Notes: generated by a model not told the origin, from the letters alone. Shown: positions 25,101 to 37,900, numbered from the whole stretch's first letter. The stretch: DNA of 61,307 nt, filler included, from Kipferlia bialata (GCA_003568945.1; 3 parts of 3 records of this genome joined end to end with filler, not necessarily neighbours in it), one strand, 5' to 3'. Made by a program: numbers and translations.

Positions 25101-25373
25101 GGAGAGGGAGAGGAAGATATCGGTCCCCCAGAGGCTGCCTTCTGTACCATCCTAATGGTACACGCCAGGGACACAGTGGCGGCAGAGATGGGCGAAAGGG
25201 AGGGTGCAGACACATGGCTCAGGAACCACATAGAGGCATTGTATTCTGGCAGGGATGACATGGGTGAGAGGCTTGTTAACCCCCACAACCTAGCAGTCTT
25301 TGTGTTTGATGGCAGCAGCACTGTGTTTCCTACACGACCCGACTTTGAGTTGGGTGCACTAGATCCATTTTGA
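22179..25373 (+). pseudogene. Degenerate Crinkler-type P-loop NTPase plus restriction-endonuclease-like gene with an in-frame TAG (22902-22904)
   Basis: EYAAPYTVLCSSTHSGKTML (cf. YAPYxxxxQSSGxGKxxL), PPPR, Walker-B-like IVFVDHVDALL, VAITTNTSL, LISHGF, GRLGENRLAVLMNVASACD (cf. GxxGExxxxLLLLxAxD) and DYIRRGYGIHAEGEGEEDI. Splice phases stay consistent across the TAG. Confidence 0.55.
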
Positions 25374-25578
25374 GAACATAACAGAGGAAGCAAGAACCCA
25401 CATCCTTGCACACAACAGGGAATAGGGTATTGATGTACGTGATGTGTAGAGGAAGTACTCTACCAGTGGTATGACTGTGCAAACTTCATAGATCTTTGAT
25501 CTGTGTCTATAAGGGTTCGCGTAATAACTGTATCAAACACGAGACAAGACACTACCTTTCTTGGAGCCCCATATACGT

Positions 25579-26006
25579 ATGGGTATACGAGGCTTCTATG
25601 GCGCCCTCAACCGCAGTGGCTGTCTGACCTCTGTGCGTGTCTGCACCCTCAGGGACAGGCACTTGTTGGTGGATCTGAGTGCACTCAAGTTTGCACTGGT
25701 GCCCCTGCTAGGTAGGCAGCAGCAGCAACAGTACAGAGTAACAGTATCCTATATGTAATATATATATACACAACAGCAACGTATCTTTGTGTATTAGTAT
25801 ACTGATGCTGCTAGGAAGCCAGTACAGGTGGACACCCCTGGATGTGGCACAGCAGCTGGAGGCCTTCTTCACCACCTTCAGCAGAGTGGTGGTGGTCAAG
25901 GACGGCGCGGTGGGGGCAACACCGGAGCAGCTACGGGTGGGTGTCCTCCTTCTCTCTCTCTCTCTCTCTGCCCCCCCCTTCTCTCTCTGCCAGTGTGGAC
26001 TGGATC

Positions 26007-26043
<37 letters not shown>

Positions 26044-26325
26044 ACCTTGCACTGCATCAGCGGATCCTCACACCAGAAGCGTGAAGATCGGTTTACTAAA
26101 CGCATCAGAGACGCCAGAGAGGCAGGGCAGGTATATATACATATACAATAGTATTGCATAGCAACTGTACTTCTTGTCTCTGTGCACCATTCCCCCCCCC
26201 CCCCATATTCTCACTGACTTAGTGGCTGTTGCGTGACCCCCATCATGTGCCCAACTTCCTGAGTCGTGTCATGGATGATGCCCTGCAGGATGTGCTGGGC
26301 AGGTGTCCATTCCATATCACACACA

Positions 26326-26364
<39 letters not shown>

Positions 26365-28607
26365 CATATACTATACCTGAGTTCTGTGCAGCATGTGCTG
26401 GACAGGTACCAAGTCTCTCTCTCTCTCTCTCTCCCTTATTAAATAATGTTTTGCAGGATGTGCTGGGCAGGTAGGGGCACATTCTATGTCACTATTTTTC
26501 TCTCTCTCCCCCCCCCTCTCCCCCCTGTATACGTCTCTCTCTCGACTGTTCCGGATTGTCTAGGGATATATCTTGTCGTTTAATGTCCTGAGCTTACTCT
26601 CTCCCATCTTTCTTTCTCTCTCACTCTAAGAGTTGCTCCATCTGAGGCCGATACTCTCTCTCTCTCTCTCTCTCTCTCTCCCCCCCCCCTCTCCCCCTCA
26701 TGTTTTAGGGTTGCCTCTGAGCACATCACTGCCCCCTCTGAGGCCGATCATGTCCTGATAGACATGGCCCTCAGGGATAGACAGGCAGCCATACTCACAG
26801 GGGACACAGACATGTGTAAGGTTTGTACATAGATACACATATAGATACATTAGTATTATATATATTCATGATATGTAGCACATTCTAGATATGTGCTAGG
26901 TGAGTGTGTGAATGTCAATCCACTCCCCCCTCCTCCCTCCTTTCACCCAGGTAGCCACCACCGTTGTATGGGCCAAGACCCTGTATAAGACACTGCTCTC
27001 TCTCAAGGGTGGAGAGACAGAGAGCGCGAGGGTATCAGTCACAGACAGCAGGAGTGGCAAGGTTAAGAAACTGTTGCACGAGTATCACCAGGTATAGTAG
27101 CAACTCGTACTGTATGGATATAGTGTTTTCCTCTATACATCTAACCCCCAGCCCCGTGTCACCTCTGTCACTGTTAGTCCACCCCCTGTATACACCCACC
27201 AGATGACAGGGAGACCCCTGCCACACTCATTTTTATCGGTGCTCAGACAGGGTATGTGCATACATCTTTCATTCATGCACATGTATATTGTATATGTGCA
27301 AGTACGTCCCCCCCTCAGTTACTAACAATATAGGCCTCATGTCCAACACCCTTGCAGACCTTGTGGCCCAGGGCATAGCCACCAACCAGCCTGGCATAGA
27401 GTGCACGGGGCTCCACTCACCTTGCACCGCAGTCAATGTCAGGTGCACACTCAATATTGGGCATACTTATGGCACTTTGAATCATGCTAACCTTCGTACC
27501 TAACCCTCAGAATGTACACCAACCTAGCCAACATGTGTCTGTGCACTGGACCCCTCATACCCCCAGGGGCATCTATTACCATAGGGTCCTACCTAGGCCG
27601 GCAGCCAGATAGTATCCACGTCCCATTGACAGGCACATGTACAGCTGTGTCTAACAAGGGGAAGATGGTAGAGACCCGTCTACCCACCTTCACTGATATA
27701 TACCCTGAGACTGGTACATTGAATACCAGTCATAGGGATAGGTTTGTGTGTCTGGCTGCCTTGGGTAGTATGGACACAGACTATATGGACAGAGTAAGGG
27801 ACCCATACGACATACAGCGCACACTGCTTCTGTCCATAGTGGCTAGGGAGGTACTTGATGGTGGTATTGCACCCTACAGGTTGCTGTCCTTGGCCATGCT
27901 CCTAGGGGGTGTGAAGCCAATAGATGGTGCATACAGAGTGACTGAGGCCGATACCTCCACCTATGCTCTGCTCAACGTGTGTCTGCCTATAGTCAGGGCA
28001 TACCTCTCAATGGGACCGGACAGGTACCTAGTCTGCTAATACAGTATACACACTGTACATATATAGTGTCGTACTGACCCCCAGATACACCCCTGCCCTC
28101 TACCCCTCCTGTGACCACCGGACATGTCTGGCTCTCAGTGCTCAGGTAGATCACATTCTACATATTTATGTATATCCATATATATACGTATATATCCATG
28201 TTCATTATTTACCCAGGTTCGCACTGAGGCACCAGAGCTCTGCCAGTTGCAACCATACTCGGTACATGAGCTGTATGCAGCACTGACCAGATGCATGAAC
28301 AGGACTGCAATGACTGGATGGGAGAATCTGCATTTGGATAGCATACCCTTGTTTGCCAGTGTAGTGAAGGAATACCCTTGAGAGCCTGAGGATAGGGTCT
28401 TTGAATGAGCAGACCTTCACTCTGCGGAGGTTGGCTCCCCTAATGGTCCATGCACAACTGAGGTTCCATAGTGATAGAATAGGGACAAAGTGTAGGTCTT
28501 CAGAACCATCCCTGATGTCCTTGGCTGCACTCGATGCTAGTGGTCTTGGTGTCTCTTTCGTAAACGATATGCACATGGATCCACTAGACTGCAAGGACTA
28601 CAGCTGA
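25579..28607 (+). CDS. Asteroid/XPG-FEN1-family PIN-domain nuclease; apparent frameshift near 28370
   Basis: MGIRGFYGAL...LLVDLSAL...VVVVKDG...EADHVL...AAILTGDTD are the XPG-N/XPG-I motifs, with a long Asteroid-like C-terminus. Confidence 0.65.
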
Positions 28608-28946
28608 GCCCACTGTCTTGCACCCTGGAGGAACACTTGAGTGGTGAATGTTGCCAAGATAGACAATGTGGCAGGGATGACCGTATGCATTATATTATGG
28701 AGAGACTACACTACTACTTACTCACACTACCTTCCACACCTATTGTCTGAAGACTCAAACAGACTTCAACAACGTCAATAGAATACTGTCCTCTCTCTAT
28801 TCGGCCATTATAGATAACACATAAAGAAAAACCACACGCTCAGACCGATAAATCGAGAAACAGCGTCAATATATCCACTGCTTGCTATCGCTACTTGGTT
28901 ACCACTGAATGCATCAGTGTCACTGTCAGTATCATACAGATACTGA

Positions 28947-31900
28947 TCAGCGCCTCCTGCCCTTGTGCTCGTGTAGACACTGCTCACAGACCTTGACCCT
29001 GGGGTGAGGGCAGAGTAGTATCATTGAATACATACATATATATATATATGTGAATATACACACAATGCTACTTACTGTACACTGACCTTGTGTACCCCAG
29101 GTCTGGCAGGTCCACCACATGGCTGCAACACTTGGAGCACAGCACCCTCCCACAGGCACGGCAGTGGTGGCGTCTACAGTGAGTAAGTACGTGACAAGCA
29201 AGGGAGTAGACAATTGACCAACCTGTTTAGGAACTTGCCAAATGCCACACCGCACTCTGGACACACTAGCATGTTGGCATTGATCTCCCACTGGGGGCGG
29301 AGGCCCACCTAGGTGTTAGAACATACATGCATACACTAATACATATTGGAGTGTGGTATACAGTATAGTACAGGAAGGGTATGGTACCTGCTCCCTTGTG
29401 ACCCCCTTCCCCCTCCCGCCCATGCCCTGCAGAGTGGCAGTGTCTCTGTCTAGGAGAGAGTCAACCCTGACAGTCAGAGAGAGAATGATTCCACTATATA
29501 CTATATACCCTACACAATCAGTATATACATATACAACTATACCTCCCCATGACGTCGTCCATGGCACTGGTGATGCCCTAAGCACATACATAACCACTAT
29601 ATATACATATATACTCTATATACACTACACTACTGTATGTACCTCCCCATGACGTCGTCCATGGCACTGGTGATGCCCCTCAGATAGGGTGCAGGGGTGA
29701 AGGGTACAGGGGATGCACTGAGTGGGGAGGCAGGGGTGTCTGGGACCACAGGCTCTCTTAGTAACTGACATGCAGAGGCACCCCCAGAGACAGCGGAGAG
29801 GTCGAGGACTGACACAAACCTACAGGTTAGGAGGGGTAGATGGAGACGGAGAGAGAGAGAGACAGCGGAGTGGTCCAGGACAGAGACGAACCTGGGGTAA
29901 ACAGAGTAAAGACAGTCATGGAACGAAGTATATATATGATATAGAGAAGAAGCGGAGGGAGACCAAGTGGAAGGGAGAAAGAGAGCAGGACAGGGTATGG
30001 CTATGTACCTAGCGATGTCTGGTGGGAACAGGGACGGGACGGGGTAGAGCTGATGGCCAACCTGGGGGTGAGGGTGCATATATATAGAGCGCAGAAAACA
30101 GTCCTTTGCATATATATACACTCATTTACATCAACAATAATACCTTCACCAGCCTCTCACACCCAGCTGCATAGAGCAGGACTAGCTTGACAAGGGCAGG
30201 GCCTGTGATGGCACGGGAGTCAGCTGGAGTCAGTGAGAGATATATATATATATATGGACTAGTGTACAGTATATACTATGTATACCTTCCATCTCGTCCT
30301 CACTGCACTCTGCCCCTTCGTTGCCCTCTCCCTCTCCCTCGGTCACACCCACTACCCCAGCCACGCATATGGCAGCCAGGTATGCCACGGGTGGGACACC
30401 AGCCCCGTCTGTGGCATCGGGGTCGGCACCTGCAGCCTAGGGTTAGAGTGAGAGAGAGAGAAAGAGGGAGAGAGAGAGAGAGAGAGAGAGCTGAAGCATC
30501 GGGGTCGGCACTGGCAGCCCAGGGTGAGAGAGAGAGAGAGAGAGAGGGGGGGAATGCAATAGTACTCTTAGTAAGATAGAGAGAGACGTACCAGCAGCGC
30601 TGCAAACACAGTGGGACTGCCTGTTAGGGCTGCCACGTGCAGAGGGGTGAGTCCAAACTCATTGGAGGCACCGACGGCACCGGTGATGGCTGAGCCTGGG
30701 GGGGTGAGGGAGGGGAAAGAAGGGGTTGAGCGAAGGGGGACTCGCTACAAATATCTATAGTAATCATACTATTGTATATGTCTATACCTAGTCTGAGCAA
30801 GCTGAGCAGCCCCCTGACTGCCTCCTTGTCCTCTGGCACAGCATCACATATATATACATAGTGTAGTATATATACGTGTATGTCTATACCTAGTCTCAAC
30901 AGACTCAGTAACCCCCTGACTGCCTCCTTGTCCTCTGGCACAGCATCACATATATACATATACATAGTAGTATNNNNNNNNNNNNNNNNNNNNNNNNNNN
31001 NNNNNNNNNNNNNNNNNNNNNNNNNNNNNNNNNNNNNGTCTCAACAGACTTAAGAGTCCTCTCACTGCCTCCTTGTCCTCTGGCACAGCATCGCCCAGGG
31101 CACCGTGGGTCTTGGTCTTGCACTTGGTCTGGGGGTGAGACACCAAGGTATATACAGCTAGATCTGATATATATATATGAAATCAGGTCGCGTTGCTTGG
31201 TCTGGGGGTCAGGCACATATGTATATGTATATATATGAAGTGACAGGATAGTGTTTAGAATTGTGGGTCTTGGTCTGGCACTTGGTCTAGAGGTGAGTCA
31301 GGGAGTATTACACACATAGCAGTTATAGATACACCCGATATTAGAAGTGAGTGACAGTGTATAGAATTGTGGGTCTTGGTCTTGGTCTTGCACTTGGTCT
31401 GGGGGTCAGCCATTAAGGAATATGATACAGGTATATATACACACACACATACTATATATGGATACACCCATACCTCCATTGTGACGCTGTCCACGTGTCT
31501 CAGCAGTGCAATCAGCCACACCCTGGCGGCATCAAGCAGTCTGAAGGGGTAAGGAGGGAGAGAGAAAGAGGAGAAGAAATACATAGTATCCAGCAGTCTG
31601 AAAGGGGTCAGAAGGGGGAGAGAGAGTGAGGGAAAATGAACATGAATACAATCAATATAGACTTCATTAGTATATATTCATATACATCCAGCAGTCTAGG
31701 GGTCAGAGGGGAGAAGTGGAGTGGGTGTAGCAGAGATAAGAATATATATATATACCTTCCAGCCTCCTTGACCGCATCCTCAATCTCAAATGCATCACTG
31801 TCCTCATACTATCTATGACACATATACACTAATTAGTGTATATATATATATATATATGAATATGCATATATACCTCCCGGCCTCCTTGACCGCGTCTTCA

Positions 31901-32695
31901 ATCTCAAATGCATCACTGTCCTCATACTATCTATAACACATATATACTAGTTAGTGTATATATATATATATATACATACCTCCCGGCCTCCTTAACCGCA
32001 TCCTCAATCTCAAATGCATCGCTGTCCTCATCGCTGAAGGTGTCATAGATGTCAAGGTCATCGGCCGCTAGGCCAAACCTGGGTGTGGGTGTGAATTATT
32101 TATTAATTATTACAATGCTATAGACATATTCAGCACTCTATCTATAGTGTTATATATATATACAGTGTATACACTAACAGTGGCACATACCTCAGCAGCA
32201 GGGGCAGCAGGGACAGCTCAAACACAGAGTCAACGGCACAGCGCCTGGGGTCAGGGGGACACACATACATACACATACATACATAAGCATCAGCGTATGG
32301 CTCTGGGTATATGTACCTTGGAATGAGTGCGCGCCTCTCCTCCGGTGTCTCCCCCCACCCCCCTGCCTTAGTCACACACTGTGTGTGACAGGGGGTGGGG
32401 CACCCACAGGACTGCGTGGCACGCTCACACTCCCTGGCGTCCTGGGGTTCGAGAGATCTACATACATACACATATACATGAGTATACATACTGTACCCAC
32501 CTGATCCCCGACCCAGTTGACCAATGGCAGTATGAGGGATGCCACTGGGAAGGGAATGGCAGTGTCGGAGTCGTGTCTGGGGGTGGGGAGAGACATAACA
32601 AAGAGAGAGAGATGACATAGGAGAGCATGCACTACAAATCATCCCCACCCACCTTCCCTCTCCCTCCCCGTGCCATGCTATGTCGTCCACACGGG

Positions 32696-32738
<43 letters not shown>

Positions 32739-33878
32739 CACCAGATGCAAGGTACACCCACCTACTATCCCCGTTTCCATGTCCTGCTATGTCGTCCACA
32801 CTGTATCTGCTGTAGCTGGAGGGCACACAGCGCAGCACCTGGGGTGTCAGCACAAGAGTTTACATATATGTCTAGATTGTGAAGGTGTCGACACACTAGT
32901 GTGCATAGTAACTAGTAACTACATACGTATATTCCTGTGTGTGTGTGTCGCTGGGGGTGCAAAACAGTGTGTATATATACATACCTGCGTGTGTGTGTCC
33001 CTAGTGCATAACAGTATCCAAGTGTGCAATGTATAGAATACAGTGTATATATACATAAGTATACTTGCGTATGTGTGTCCCTGGTGCATGGCAGGTAGTG
33101 GTAGGGCACATTCCCGTCTGAGTCTCTGGCCGATGTGCCCTCTCCCAGTGTCCTCCTCCTGGCCACACTGGCACCGGCCTCCATCCCTACCTCACCCCCG
33201 GAGAAGGTGTCAGCTAGGAGTTAGGGGTACATATTCACATATATACTTACATACATAAGTATTAGAGATAGAGACACAGTACCTAGTAGCGATATGACGT
33301 CTCGGGGTGTGATGACAGCACTTGAGGCTGGGTATACTACACATACAATATATATATATATATACCAGGGGGGAGTGATATATAGTACCTAGTAGGGATA
33401 TGACGTCTGGGGGTGTGATGACAGCACTTGATGCTGAGGTGGGTGAGAAGGAGAGGTCACTGGCCCTCTCCTTGTCCCTCTCTGCCATCTCAGCCCTGAG
33501 GGCCTCAGCAACAGACATCTAGGGGTGATAAGGGGTGTAGGGAGAGAGAGAGAGGAAGAGAGAGTTTGTGTGTGAGAAAGATATACTCACACACACCCCC
33601 TACCTGAGGGGAGAGTGAAAGTGACCCCCTCCTGGACTGTCTGGGGGATGGGGAGTGGAGGAGGTTGGACAGGGAGTCTGAGACACCCTGCATCTGTCGG
33701 TCCTGGGTATGAGTATACACAAAGAATATATATATTATATACAGAATAGTACTTCATGGGGCATCGTACCAGGCTACCCTGTGCTGAGTCTGTCCCCTCT
33801 CTCTCCTTGCCCTGTGCCTTGTCAGATGGTCTGGATTGGCCATCTCCATAGGACTGGGCCTGGGTTAGGTATGTGTAT

Positions 33879-33917
<39 letters not shown>

Positions 33918-34149
33918 TAGAGGGTCATGCTTGAATGCGTATGATACCTCTGCCGACCCACAGTCCAGTGCGAGGACATGGATCAAGGGCACACGGACCT
34001 GGGGGGTCAGGGGACACGGAGGGAAGGAGAGAGAGAGAGGGAGAGAGTGTGTTACCCACCCTAGGCTCTGGGTGGCATATGATGGACACAAAGGCAGCTG
34101 GGAGGCAGTGGAAGGGGCGGATGACACTGAGGGTAAGAGGGCGCCATAT

Positions 34150-34189
<40 letters not shown>

Positions 34190-34288
34190 TCATAGGTATA
34201 CCTGTTGGGGCTGTCGAAGAGTGCGTTGTGGGTATCGTCACCAATCTCCACCTCAGACCCACACAGCCACCTGGATGTTAAGGGTGTA

Positions 34289-34326
<38 letters not shown>

Positions 34327-34935
34327 CTGATGGACCTCTGGGACTGTACCTCCTTGCACCGGGTATAGAGCTCACTGGAGGTAAGGAGGGGGTCGTGACA
34401 AGGTGTGACAAGGTGTGTATGGACATGTACCTGTAGTATCTGCACCCAGCCAGTATGCCGCACTCCTCTGCGAATGTCCTCCTCCTCAGCAGATCATCGG
34501 TCAGCTTGGTCTCGCCTAAAGGTCAGTGATGCGAATGAACAACAATACAAGTATATAATGGTACATACGTATATAGTGGATCCTCAGTCAGCTTGGTCTC
34601 GCCTAGGGGGTCAGATATACAGCGTAGACGAATAGGGTGCTATAGAACTAGGTCTGGGGGGTCCGGGAGGAGACGGGTGTATAGGTATAGAGTGAGATGT
34701 TAGGTATTCCCCTACCTAGCAGGGCCAGCGTCCATACATGTACATGTAGGGTGTCATCTACTTTGTAGAATAACATGTATCATAATGTATCATAAAACAA
34801 CAGACTCCCTGTACCTAGGAGGGCCAGGGTCCTCCTGTCAAACCCTGATGCAGCGGCATATGCACAGGCACGACGCAGCTGACCTCTGGCATACTTGAGA
34901 ACCTTTGGTCAGAGAGAGAAACGGAAAGAGAGAGG

Positions 34936-34968
<33 letters not shown>

Positions 34969-37900
34969 CCGTACCAGTGCCTCCAGCTCTGCAAAGGCCA
35001 AGGAGGTGCCCGACCCCTGGGACAGACCGGTCACCTGGGGTTAGGATGCATATAAATACCATTAGAGATGCAACTTATACTACTATTTACTATTCATGGA
35101 ACACCCACCTTTGCCAGCGTGTCATACTCGACGTGTCTGAACGAGTCCCTCAGGGTTGGGAAGTATGTGGTGCTGATGGTCTCCATCAACATACGGACAA
35201 CGTCAGACAGGCCGTTTCTAGGGGTTAGAGAGAGGTAGATAGATAGATATATATATAGAGAGAGAGAGAGAGAGTATACCTTGCTGCCAGGATAGCCAGG
35301 TGTGGTAGAAGGGTGGTGCGGCGCATGCCCAGGACCTGTTGGTCGGGGTCACTCTGCATGACCTAGGGGTGAGGGAGGGAGTATGTCTACCCACTATTAC
35401 AATAACTATGCATATATACATTTAGGTAGTGACATACCTTTGGCTTGTTCCTCTGTCTCCTGACGGCAGAGTATGTAGCGATGGAGAGAGAGGAGGCAAG
35501 CTTGGAGGCAAGGGCGGCTGTCTCCTCATTGGGCTGTGCATCACCCTCTCCCTCTCCCTCTCCCTCTCCCTCTGCCTCCTCCTCCTCCTCTTCCTCTGTG
35601 ATAGGCTGTGCCTGTACGACATGCATGACAGTACTGGATGGTACACAGCTGAGACCAGAGGCGTAGGAGCTGTACCCGCTGAAGGAGGCCCAGCCATCCT
35701 GGGGGTAAGGGAGAGGGAGAGAGAGAGTGTGTGAGAGTCATACTAAATATATACATATACCATATGTACAATTAGTATACCTCTAGTGCCTGTTCCGACA
35801 GACTGTGCTTGTCCACGCACTCTGCCAGTACCCTCAGGTGGTAGCTGTCCAGGATGCCAGAGAGAGAGGGACCGTCCATCTGACAGTCAGAGACGAAGTC
35901 TATACACTGACCTAACTAAACACAATGATTAGATGTTAGAGAAGTACTATCGCTAGTATATCTGGAAATTCACACTAGTGGTACCTGCAGGTGTCGGAGT
36001 GGTCCCTGTATCTCCTGCAGGAGGGGTATCTTGGCAAAGACACCCAGCTGGGCAGAGAGGTGGCCTGCAGCAGCCAGCATCTCGACAGACCTGGCAGTCT
36101 CTGAGGGTGAGGGGGAGAGTAGGACAGGGGTGGTATGTATAGAGAGTAAGTATAGGGAGGATATGTATACATATGTGTATATATAGTCACCTGCTATGGG
36201 CCTTCTGGCCTGGCACAGGTAGGACAGAGGGGTGTTACCGGTGGCATCAATCCAGCCAACTATCACCCTGGGGTTAGGTGGAGAGGAAAAGAGTAGCAGT
36301 AGGCCTATAGGAAAGTGTACCTGACGTCTGCTGTGCCGCAGCTGTTGATCATTCTGACCAGGGTCTATTAATGTATCTATCTCTCTATGTATCTCTCTAT
36401 ATATACGTGTATATCCATACCTGACGTCTGCTGTGCCGCAGCTGTTGATCATCCTGACCAGGGGCTCAAGACACACATCACTGTAGGGGTGAGAGAGGGA
36501 TGTATCAGTGTGTATATAGATACTGATACTGGTACTAGGGTGATTGTATGGCAGGCCTACTAGTGATAGTGTACCTAGGGGGCCTGGTCTCCTCTCCCTT
36601 GGCCTGTCTGTCGATGCAGGCACACCTGGGGTGGGGGGAGAGAGATACCTTGCATAGTCCACAAGTGTCTGCTATACATACATATACATACATATATACA
36701 CATACTAGTATATGTATATATACAAATACGCATACCTAGCATAGTCCACCAGGGGCACTGAAGAGATATGTGCTCGGGTGTTGTCATACATCAGCACACA
36801 TATATATACATCCCCCTCTCTCTCTCTATATATATATATATATGTACATGCATACATAAATGCATACCTAGCATAGTCCACCAGGGGCACTGATGAGATA
36901 TGTGCTCGGGTGTTGTCATACATCAGCACATATATATATACATCCCCCCCCCTCTCTCTCTCTATATATATATATATATACATGCATACCTAGCATAGTC
37001 CACCAGGGGCACCCAGGGGAGGGGCAGCGAGGTGGGCTGCCAGGCAGGCATCACGGTGTCACCCCTGAGGCCTAGGATGGGGGTGGAGTCTCCAGATATA
37101 CTGCACACATACAGCAAACATCACAATGGTACACCACTCCATATGGATGTTACCTAGCAATGCTGGGAACTCTGCGATGTTGCCTGCACAGCTGGAGCCA
37201 TCGGGGGTGATCCTGAGGGGTGAGAGAGACGACATATACAACAGGTCTGGGGGTGATGTAAAGTCTGTACTATTGACTATACCTGGGAGGGAGTGAGAGG
37301 GATGAGAGCTGGCTGGCTGCAATGTGCAAGGGTGTCCTGTGCAGCTTGTCAGTGAGGGCAAGGACAGCGGTCACAGGGGCAGCAAGGGTGCCTGGGGGTG
37401 GTAAACACACATATAGTATACAGTATAAAGAATATATAACATTCACATTATAGATAGGTTTAATATAGTGACAGGGGCAGCCAGGGTGCCTGGGGGTGGT
37501 ATATGCAATATACATACTGATTCAACAATGCTCGATAGACCATGATTCTCTATACTAATGATCATTGAATCAGTATATCCCTACCTGTGAACTGGCCAGA
37601 GATGAGGGCATCACAGACCTGGAGGTCAGAGAAGACAGTACAGACACACATATATATAGAGAATTGGCACAACACTCGAGGCAACTAATACTGATTGGTG
37701 TGAGAGTCACCGTACCTCAGTCAGTAGCTCCACACTGCTAGAGTAGACAGCACAGTGCAGCACTGACCTGGGGTAAGGGAGAGATAATGATCATGGCAAC
37801 AAAACCCACAGTACGGACACTACTATTATACAAAGAGAGATACATAGGCCTCACCCGAAGTACTCTGACACAGCCAGCACATTGTCAAAGGGCAGCAGCA

